NCBI GenBank assembly: GCA_016182385.1
Contig: JACPGV010000002.1
Coordinates: 253,190 to 317,189 of the forward strand
Direction: 5' to 3'
Length of the DNA: 64,000 nt
From: Candidatus Moraniibacteriota bacterium
GTDB lineage: Bacteria; Patescibacteriota; Minisyncoccia; Moranbacterales; UBA1568
Under the pieces are notes generated by a model. The model worked only from the letters and a program-made list of their open reading frames with translations, was not told the DNA's origin and made no database searches. The position numbers were made by a program, and so were the translations under genes. Below are positions 56,424 through 64,000 of this stretch, one piece after another. Position 1 is the stretch's first letter. Every line of letters begins with the position of its first letter.

Positions 56424-57485
56424 ATGTTGCAAAAACGCATTATCGATATAGAGACGGAGGCCAAACAGGCACTTACCATTATCAAAACACTCCCACAGCT
56501 TGAAGAGTGGGAAGTGACGTATCTTGGTCGTAAAAGCGCCTTAAATGAGATTCTCAAAAATCTCAAAAATCTTACCACCGAAGAAAAACGTATCGTCGGA
56601 CCGCTTGGGAATGCCGTGAAACAAAGACTCTTCCAATCTCTTGCCACCGCCCGGGAAGCTTTTATGGAGCAGAGTATCGATTGGGATGCGCAGGCGATTG
56701 ACGTGACGGCTCCCGGTGTTTTTTGTCGTGATGGTCATCTGCATCCGATCACTCGTCTCACGTATGAGATCGAAGATATTTTTTCTTCACTCGGTTTTTC
56801 TCTTGCGGATGGTCCGGAAGTGGAGAGTGAGTGGTATAATTTTGACGCGCTCAATGTTCCAGCCGATCATCCGGCGCGCGACATGCAAGACACTTTTTGG
56901 CTTGCCTCATCCGAGAGTAAACAAAAAACAAGAAACAAAAAACAAGAACGGTATCTTTTGCGCACACAGACGTCGGCAGTACAGGTGCGTTATATGGAGA
57001 CACACAAGCCACCATTCCGTATTATTATTCCGGGACGTATTTTCAGAAATGAAGCGACGGACGTTTCGCATGAGCATACGTTTCATCAGTTTGAGTGTTT
57101 GATGGTGGATGAACCAGGTAAGGTATCCGTGGCAACTTTCAAGTATATCGCTGAAACATTTTTCAGTTCATTTTTCGGAAAAAAGGTGAATGTCCGCTTA
57201 CGTCCGAGTTTTTTTCCTTTTACGGAGCCGTCGTTTGAGTTTGATATCAGCTGTGTTTTGTGTGGGGCTTCGGGGTGTCCTGTTTGCAAACAATCCGGAT
57301 GGTTGGAAATAGGTGGCGCAGGTATGGTACATCAGAAAGTTTTTGAGGCGGCAGGATACAAGCGTGGTCAGTATCAGGGATTTGCTTGGGGATTCGGATT
57401 GACGCGCTTAGCGATGATGAAGTACAAGATTACCGATATTCGTCTTTTGATGAGTGGCGATTTGCGGTTTATCAGACAGTTTTAA
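56424..57485 (+). CDS. pheS: phenylalanine--tRNA ligase alpha subunit
   Basis: …HPARDMQDTFW…RTQTSAVQVR…FRPSFFPFTEPSFEFDI…GWLEIGGAGMVH…. Confidence 0.9.
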   Translation: MLQKRIIDIETEAKQALTIIKTLPQLEEWEVTYLGRKSALNEILKNLKNLTTEEKRIVGPLGNAVKQRLFQSLATAREAFMEQSIDWDAQAIDVTAPGVFCRDGHLHPITRLTYEIEDIFSSLGFSLADGPEVESEWYNFDALNVPADHPARDMQDTFWLASSESKQKTRNKKQERYLLRTQTSAVQVRYMETHKPPFRIIIPGRIFRNEATDVSHEHTFHQFECLMVDEPGKVSVATFKYIAETFFSSFFGKKVNVRLRPSFFPFTEPSFEFDISCVLCGASGCPVCKQSGWLEIGGAGMVHQKVFEAAGYKRGQYQGFAWGFGLTRLAMMKYKITDIRLLMSGDLRFIRQF

Positions 57486-57524
57486 TACTTTTCATGAATA
57501 GACGTTGAAAGTAAGTGATTTTCT

Positions 57525-59927
57525 ATGAAATATTCCTACCATTGGCTCAAAGAACTTTCCGGTACCAAGAAATCTGCTGACGCATTGGCGAAGCTTTTGA
57601 TGACGCATGCTTTTGAGGTGGAGGGAATCGAAAAGTGTTCTCTTGTGCCGGCGAGTGTTATTGTAGGCAAAGTTGTGAAATTGGAGCGACACAAAAATGC
57701 CGATACGTTGCGTGTGGCGCGTGTCGAGTGTGGAAAGAAAGATACGCGAACGATTGTGTGTGGCGCGCCAAATATTGCTTTAGAACAAAAAGTTGCCGTA
57801 GCGATGCCGGGGACGGTATTGCCTGGCGGCGTTGAAATCAAAGAAGCGACTATTCGTGGAGTGGTGTCGAAAGGAATGATTTGTTCTGCCAAAGAACTTG
57901 GTTTGGGTGATGATCATAGCGGTATTCTCGTGCTCCCGGAACATACTCCGGTCGGCGCCTTGTTTGGGAAGTATTTCGGTTTGGATGACAGTCTTATTGA
58001 GGTAAAAATTTTACCCGATCGTGGCTCGGATGCTCTTTCTTATCAGGGCTTGGCTCGTGAGATAGCCGCCCTGGATGGTCATGCGCCACATTTTGTAAAA
58101 GTGATTCCAAAAATCGCGAAGGTGCCGTCTTACAACCGTTGTCCAAAAATAAAGGTAACGTACAAAAACGGATGTCGACGATACATGGGTATGTTGTTTT
58201 CCGATATTTCCGTGGGGGAGTCGCCACTGTGGCTCAAGATAAAACTTTTGCTTTCCGGTTTACGCCCTATCAATAGCGTGGTGGATGTCACCAATTATTT
58301 GATGTTGCTTACCGGACAGCCGATGCATGCCTTTGACGCGGATACGCTTCATGGAGGAGTGACGGTGCGTCCCGCCAAGAAAAAAGAAAAATTGATGTTA
58401 CTGAATGGCGTGACATACATCTTATCTCCAGATGATATGGTGATTGCCGATGAGAAACGAGCGCTTGCTTTAGCGGGTATTATGGGGGGATCGACTTCAT
58501 CCGTTACGGAAAAAACAAAGAATGTTTTTTTGGAAATTGCTCATTTTCACGGACCGACGATTCGTCGCACGAGGACGCGACATGCTTTGCTGACAGACGC
58601 CAGTTATCGTTTTGAGCGAAATCTTGACCCTCATAGAGTAAAAGAAGTCGCCAGAGAGGCCGCGCTTCTCATGACGACGATAAATGCCGGAAAAATGATG
58701 GGGATGCGCGATGTCTATCCAAAAGAACAAAAAGAATGGAAGATAACACTTTCCCTGCAACGTATCGAAGATGTTCTCGGGGAGAAAGTGCCTCTTTTTG
58801 AGGCAGTGCAATATTTGGCACTTCTGGGTCTGGGCGTGAAGAAGGTTTCTGGAAAAAATGCTTTGGATGTTACCGTACCAACACGTCGTCCCGATCTTAT
58901 GGATGAGTGGGATCTGATTGAAGAGATTGGGCGTATGCGCGGATATGAAAAAATAAAAGCCTGTCCGCCCTTTTTGCCGCTTGTTGCCGGAGAAGAGAAT
59001 CAGTCAAAGCGTTTTGAGCGTTTTCTCAAAGAAACTTTGGTTGCGTCCGGCTTTGATGAGGTGATGACGTATTCTTTTTATGGAGAAAAAGAATATTCTT
59101 TGGCGCGTTTACCCAAAGAGCGTCATTGTGAGTTGGAAAATCCGATGAGCCCGGAACAACGTTTCCTTCGACTCTCACTTTTGCCGGGGCTTTTACGTAA
59201 AACGCGCGACAATCTTCGATATTTTGATGCGCTTGATTGTTTTGAATACGAGAGTGTTTTTTCGCGTGGTGCGAAGAAAGGGAGTATTGAAGAGAAGAAA
59301 AAATTGTCACTCGTGACCGTTTTACCGAAAAAGAACAAAGAACAAAGCCCGTTTTTCGTCCTTAAAGGAAAGATACAATCTTTGCGTGCGCTTCTTGATA
59401 TCTCGGATATTTCTTTTGTTCTTCCGGAAGAACAGAGTGAGAAGAGCGCGATACAGGATATGCTTCATCCGACGAGAAGGGCTCTGCTTGTGATTGAGGG
59501 TGATGTGGTGGGAATGATAGGGGAGTTGCACCCGTTTGTTGCTCAAGGGTTTGGTTTGGATAGTCGCGTGGCGGTGGCGGAACTTGATTATGAAAAACTT
59601 TTTGCCCACCGCTTGAAAGAGGCTTTTTATGTACCACTCCAAAAATTCCCTTATGCTTTACGGGATTTATCGTTGACTTTTCCTGCTTCCTTTCGAAAAA
59701 GGGTCACTGTGGCGATAGTGGAAAAATTTCTTTTGGATGTTGGAGCGCCTCTTCTTCGTCGTGTCGAATTATTCGATATTTATGAACATGACGACGAAAA
59801 AAGCATGGCCTTTCATCTTTCTTTTGGCGCCGCTGATCGGACCATCATGAGTGAAGAAATGGACAGAGCTTTTGATGCAATTGTCATGGAAGCAAAGGAA
59901 CGATTTGAGGCTCGTTTGAGGCTTTAA
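57525..59927 (+). CDS. pheT: phenylalanine--tRNA ligase beta subunit
   Basis: The N-terminus MKYSYHWLKEL is the hallmark PheT start. It has a tRNA-binding domain, B3/4, B5 and a C-terminal FDX-ACB region. 800 aa. Confidence 0.9.
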   Translation: MKYSYHWLKELSGTKKSADALAKLLMTHAFEVEGIEKCSLVPASVIVGKVVKLERHKNADTLRVARVECGKKDTRTIVCGAPNIALEQKVAVAMPGTVLPGGVEIKEATIRGVVSKGMICSAKELGLGDDHSGILVLPEHTPVGALFGKYFGLDDSLIEVKILPDRGSDALSYQGLAREIAALDGHAPHFVKVIPKIAKVPSYNRCPKIKVTYKNGCRRYMGMLFSDISVGESPLWLKIKLLLSGLRPINSVVDVTNYLMLLTGQPMHAFDADTLHGGVTVRPAKKKEKLMLLNGVTYILSPDDMVIADEKRALALAGIMGGSTSSVTEKTKNVFLEIAHFHGPTIRRTRTRHALLTDASYRFERNLDPHRVKEVAREAALLMTTINAGKMMGMRDVYPKEQKEWKITLSLQRIEDVLGEKVPLFEAVQYLALLGLGVKKVSGKNALDVTVPTRRPDLMDEWDLIEEIGRMRGYEKIKACPPFLPLVAGEENQSKRFERFLKETLVASGFDEVMTYSFYGEKEYSLARLPKERHCELENPMSPEQRFLRLSLLPGLLRKTRDNLRYFDALDCFEYESVFSRGAKKGSIEEKKKLSLVTVLPKKNKEQSPFFVLKGKIQSLRALLDISDISFVLPEEQSEKSAIQDMLHPTRRALLVIEGDVVGMIGELHPFVAQGFGLDSRVAVAELDYEKLFAHRLKEAFYVPLQKFPYALRDLSLTFPASFRKRVTVAIVEKFLLDVGAPLLRRVELFDIYEHDDEKSMAFHLSFGAADRTIMSEEMDRAFDAIVMEAKERFEARLRL

Positions 59928-59940
59928 TCTGACTTTAGGC

Positions 59941-59969
59941 TTGTCAAAAACGTATTTTTGTGCTATAAT
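59941..59969 (+). promoter_or_regulatory. consensus-like sigma70 promoter TTGTCA-17-TATAAT driving rnpB
   Basis: TTGTCA at 59941-46 and TATAAT at 59964-69, with an exact 17-bp spacer. The predicted TSS is about 59976, just 5' of the P1 stem. Confidence 0.6.
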
Positions 59970-59983
59970 AGAAAGGTTTCTTG

Positions 59984-60487
59984 TTTTTTTCCAAAACAGA
60001 TCGGATCATTACGCGACCGAGCACTTCATTTGCGTATGCGTTTGTGACGCAGAAGACAAGTGTTTTATTGAGACAAGGCTTTAAAATAACTTGTTGCGAA
60101 ACGGCCACAAGCCTGTTGTGGCACAAATGAAGTGCTGGGAGTGAGGAAAGTCCGGACACTCGCCGATTTTGTCTGCTGAGAATGGAAATATTCTTTTTTG
60201 AGCAGACAAAATTGGCAGCAAGTAGCGGGTAATTCCCGCACGCCGCGAGGCGCGAGGTGCGAACAGAGATGCCATGTGACGAAAGAAACATGGGCGCTTC
60301 TGAGAAATTGGAAGCGTAGTCCAGCAGACGCTGGGGTGAAACAGCCAAATCCTTACTTGAGTGCAAGATCGTGCTCCGCGAGGAGAGAATCGCCAGGATC
60401 TTTGCGGTAACGCAAGGGCAAGAGAAATGATGATCATTTGCCGCAAGGTAAATACAGAATCCGGCTTACAGATCTGTTTTGGAAAAA
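59984..60487 (+). ncRNA. rnpB: RNase P RNA, bacterial type A
   Basis: The P4 halves are GAGGAAAGUCCGGAC (about 60144) and ACAGAAUCCGGCUUA (about 60454). A 17-bp P1 pairs UUUUUCCAAAACAGAUC at 59986-60002 with GAUCUGUUUUGGAAAAA at 60471-60487. An additional helix pairs GAGCACUUCAUUUG with CAAAUGAAGUGCU near the 5' end. Confidence 0.85.
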
Positions 60488-60521
60488 TATTGGAAATCTT
60501 GATATGAGTCGCAAAGTGTAA

Positions 60522-61964
60522 ATGGAGAGTTCTTCTTTTATGAAACGTTCAGAAATATTTTTTAGCGCCATTCAAGTTCCCGTCGATTTTATTATGATTG
60601 TGCTTGCCGCTACGTCGGCGTATTTTTTGCGTGGATTGCCGATGTTTGAGGGGTATGTATCACACGTTTTTAGTATTGAATTTGCGGATTATTTGGATTT
60701 CGTTCTGATTATTACGCCATTTTTCATCGTTATTTTAGCTATTGAGGGTTTGTATAGAATACGAGCGACACGGCGCTTTGTACAAGAAGCGTATGGTGTG
60801 ACCAAGGCGATTACCTTTGGTCTCATTATACTTATCATCGCGGTTTTTCTTAATCGGGAATGGTTTTCGTCGCGTTTTGTCATTTTGGTCGGATGGATGT
60901 TTGCGATCGCGTTTGTTGTCATAGCACGATACGGTATTCAGCGTATTCAGAATTTTGTTCTTGTGCATCGTGGCATGGGCGTGCATCGAGTGCTCCTTAT
61001 CGGGTACAACGAAAAAATGAAGAAATTGCGCAATCAGTTTGTAAAAAACAAGTCGCTGGGATACCGGGTGGTGGATCAGATTGATACCGCGAGTATCAAA
61101 TATATCAAAACAATTCGTGAGACAAAAGGTGTCGATGAAATTATTGTCGGCGATCCCTCGCTTACGGATGATGAACAGGAAAAATTGTTTGATTATTGTC
61201 AGATTCATAATATTACGTATCGATATTTTCCTACGACGCTTCAGACGCAGCGTTTCAGCATGCATATATGGGGCGGGGAACCGATCATTGAATTTCAACA
61301 CACACCGCTTGATGGATGGGGAAAGCTGCTCAAGCGCCTGTATGATATTGTGGCTGGTACAGTATTGTTTATTCTTTTTTTTCCGATCATGCTTTGTATC
61401 GCCGCGTGTATCAAGCTGGAAGATCCCAAGGGTCCCGTTATTTATAAAAATGAACGAATCGGAGAAAATGGACGAAAATTCTTTGTTTATAAGTTTCGTT
61501 ATATGCAATGGAAATACTGCATAACCAAAGAAAATCCCGCCATGAAGGAAGCGATAGCGTTTGAGAAAAAATTAATCGAAGAGCGTAATGTGCGTCAGGG
61601 CGGTGTATTGTATAAAATTAAAGATGATCCGCGACGCATGCGAGTTGGTACGTTTATTGAGCGATATTCGCTTGATGAATTCCCGCAATTTTGGAATGTT
61701 CTCAAAGGTGATATGAGTTTGGTTGGCCCGCGACCACATCAGGAACGTGAAGTGGAACGTTATTCCGAATATCACCGTCGCTTACTCACTATTCGGCCGG
61801 GGGTTACGGGAATGGCGCAAGTATCCGGTCGATCGGATCTTTCATTTGAAGACGAATACCGTTTGGATGTATTTTATATTGAAAATTGGTCGCTCTGGCT
61901 TGATGTTCTTATTTGCCTCAAAACAGCCGGCGCTCTCATCAAACACCGAAAAAACGGAAAATAG
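60522..61964 (+). CDS. polyprenyl-phosphate sugar phosphotransferase (bacterial sugar transferase, WbaP/PssA-like)
   Basis: Four or five N-terminal TM helices and the C-terminal catalytic domain …GPVIYKNERIGENGRKFFVYKFRYM…MSLVGPRPHQEREV…IRPGVTGMAQVSGRSDL…WSLWLDVLICLKT. The start may be the ATG at 60540. Confidence 0.85.
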   Translation: MESSSFMKRSEIFFSAIQVPVDFIMIVLAATSAYFLRGLPMFEGYVSHVFSIEFADYLDFVLIITPFFIVILAIEGLYRIRATRRFVQEAYGVTKAITFGLIILIIAVFLNREWFSSRFVILVGWMFAIAFVVIARYGIQRIQNFVLVHRGMGVHRVLLIGYNEKMKKLRNQFVKNKSLGYRVVDQIDTASIKYIKTIRETKGVDEIIVGDPSLTDDEQEKLFDYCQIHNITYRYFPTTLQTQRFSMHIWGGEPIIEFQHTPLDGWGKLLKRLYDIVAGTVLFILFFPIMLCIAACIKLEDPKGPVIYKNERIGENGRKFFVYKFRYMQWKYCITKENPAMKEAIAFEKKLIEERNVRQGGVLYKIKDDPRRMRVGTFIERYSLDEFPQFWNVLKGDMSLVGPRPHQEREVERYSEYHRRLLTIRPGVTGMAQVSGRSDLSFEDEYRLDVFYIENWSLWLDVLICLKTAGALIKHRKNGK

Positions 61965-62042
61965 TTGACAAGAAGGGAGTTGCATCCCTTTTTGTTTTTG
62001 TTACACTGAAAACAAGATTAACAAAAGTTCGGTATGTCACTC

Positions 62043-64000
62043 CGCAAGGATATTTTTCGAGTAGTTTTCTTCTCATGTTTTTTGTTTTTTGCTTGTTTTG
62101 ATCACGCGTTGGCCGATACGGAGATTTCCCACGTGACTCTCTATGAAGATACGACGTGGACACCCGCAGGCAATCCTTACATCGTGAATAATGTCACGAT
62201 TCCCGCTGGTATCACTCTCACCCTTACTCCAGGTGTCATCGTCAAAGTACCACAATACGGCGCCCCTCTCATTGTTTCCGGAGGGACGCTTTTTTTGAAT
62301 GGGACAGAGGAGAATCCGGTCGTTATCACTTCCATCCATGATGATATTGGTGGTGATACGAATGGGAGTCCGATGCTTCCCAATACAGGCAACTGGTGTG
62401 CCATAGAAGCGCAAGGTGGTACGGTGACCATGACGAATACCAAGATTCGCTATGGCGGTTGTGACGCCGAACGAGGCATGCTCTACAATATCGGCGCCAC
62501 GCTTTCCCTCTCTTCATCAGAAATCTCGTATGCTCGCTCCGGCGTCGTTCTCAAAGGAGGGGAGAGTGAAATCACGGAAAGTTCTTTTCATCACCACGCT
62601 TCTCATGGTATCTACAAAAAACAAGGAGGGACGCTTCGTTTCGGTCACAATACCTTTTCCGATAATGCTTCGGCTGTTACCCTCTCCGACAACGCCTTCC
62701 AAAACGATGGCGGCAATACCGGAGAGAGGGAACGGATCAGCATAAGTAGTTTCTCGGTAAGTGGGGAAATGACGCTTTCTAAAGATGGCCTTCCCTATGT
62801 GTTGTTTGCTCTCACTCTTCCAAGCGGTGCGACTCTTCGCGTACTTCCCGGTGTCGTTGTCAAAACAAACTATCATACGTTTCCTCTTGTTTCTTCCGGT
62901 AGGGTCATTTTGGGTGGACAGAGTAATGAACCGGTCATTTTTACTTCTCTCCGAGACGATTCGATACTGGGTGATACCAATCGGGATGGGAATGCGACCA
63001 TTCCCCAAAAAGGCGACTGGATAGGACTGAGTTTTTCTCAAGGGACCGTTACTATTGCCAACACCGAAATTCGCTATGGTGGGTACAATAACAACGCTCA
63101 GATAGGGAATCATGGCGCTACGATCACCGCAAACAATCTTCTTTTGAAAGAAAGTTCGTGGCAACACCTCTTTCAAGACAGTGGCTCCTTCATTGCTACA
63201 GAGAGCGACTTTTCTCTCGCTTATGATGGTCTGGTTGTTCAGGGTGGCATGGCAGAAGTGCATCAGAGTCGTTTCTCCGATATCAGTCGTTTTGGCATTC
63301 TCAATTTGGCAAACGGGCTCACTCTTGATGCCACGAACAATTGGTGGGGTGATATGTCCGGTCCGAAACATCCCATCAACAATCCAAACGGTCTTGGTGT
63401 GCTTGTTTCCGATCATGTTCTCTTTGATCCGTGGAGCACCTGCTATGGCGACACCTGTCATTCAAGCGTGCTTTTTTTGCCGGGACTTGAAGCGAGTCGG
63501 TTGTATGAAGGTAATGAAGAGCGATGGGAACCATATGGAAATGCTGATGTGGAGAGATTACATCTGAATGAAGACGGCGAGAGTGAACACAATATCCGTG
63601 TCGGAGACGTCATCGACAATGCCTACATTCCGATCAAGGGGAATATATATGAGTCCTTTCTTGAGGATATGGACGAGATGAAGACAGAGCGTCTTATCAA
63701 GGATTTCAAGACGGTTCCGTATGATTGGCGCCTCTCATTTGATATGCTCTTGGTTGATGGTTCGATAGAGGACACGCTCAAATCTTTGGCAGGAAATTCG
63801 AATACCGGAAAAGTGACCATCATCGCCCATTCGAACGGTGGATTACTAGCCAAGGCCCTCATAAAGAAACTCGGTGACAGCGAAGCATCGAGACTCATCG
63901 ATAATCTCGTCTTAGTCGCGGCACCGCAGGTGGGGACACCCCAGGCGATCGGTGCGCTTCTCCACGGATATGATCAGGGATTGCCGGTGAACTGGATGCC
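62043..64000 (+). CDS. large secreted protein: signal peptide + parallel beta-helix repeats + C-terminal LCAT-like alpha/beta-hydrolase domain; 3'-truncated by window
   Basis: The frame was checked codon by codon and is open from the ATG at 62043 to the window end; a stop lies in the same frame at 62028. The signal peptide is MSLRKDIFRVVFFSCFLFFACFDHALA|DT. Repeats of type …GGTVTMTNTKIRYGG… and …QGTVTIANTEIRYGG… are present. The C-terminus reads …VLFLPGLEASRLY…VPYDWRLSF…GKVTIIAHSNGGLLAKAL…. The YDWR and GxSxG motifs are as in LCAT/PGAP1-like lipases. The long antisense ORF at 62517..63461 is rejected. Confidence 0.6.

Noticed and set aside
59944-60446. ORFs 59944..60366(-) and 60081..60446(-) in the supplied track
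   Set aside because: They lie entirely within, and antisense to, the RNase P RNA gene, which is identified by its P4 motifs and P1 pairing. There are no RBSs and the composition is not protein-like.
62517-63461. 314-aa ORF on the minus strand
   Set aside because: It is antisense to the codon-verified, signal-peptide-bearing beta-helix/LCAT-like ORF that starts at 62043 and runs off the window. It is a typical shadow ORF.

Overview
This 64 kb window looks like a compact, low-GC genome of a Patescibacteria/CPR-type bacterium. That is an inference from gene content: archaeal-type UMP kinase, a sigma-region-4-like HTH protein, a VirD4-like 'T4SS DNA-binding' ATPase, Y1 transposase, many SD-less starts and tiny intergenic spaces. 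About 55 protein genes are tightly packed on both strands. The housekeeping core is dnaX, clpB, dnaJ, htrA, proS, pyrH, ispH, recJ, rnhA, PBP1A, secDF, tyrS, pheST, two ABC-F ATPases and two Nudix hydrolases. There is one tRNA-Gln(UUG), one RNase P RNA (rnpB) behind a consensus sigma70 promoter, and two CIRCE-like operators upstream of clpB and dnaJ. The accessory, more unusual content is as follows. (i) A two-gene module: a membrane-anchored protein plus a TM-less VirD4/TraG-like coupling-type ATPase that ends in a Lys/Glu-rich linker and a C4 zinc ribbon. (ii) A cell-envelope glycosylation locus at 26.5-36.9 kb: a GT-C membrane glycosyltransferase, a membrane-anchored ClpB/ClpC-like AAA+ protein with a degenerate D1, three GT4 enzymes and an epimerase. 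(iii) A Y1 (IS200/RAYT-like) HUH transposase flanked by REP-like imperfect palindromes, inserted inside a HlyD-ABC-FtsX efflux operon. (iv) A membrane-anchored PaaX-like gene bracketed by two identical perfect 34-40 bp palindromes. (v) SecD carrying an inserted parvulin-type PPIase domain. (vi) An HtrA paralog lacking the catalytic His and Ser. (vii) A large signal-peptide-bearing beta-helix protein fused to an LCAT-like alpha/beta-hydrolase (YDWR, AHSNGG) domain, running off the window end. (viii) A roughly 600 bp GC-elevated region after clpB with no convincing ORF. No CRISPR array, rRNA or prophage was seen.
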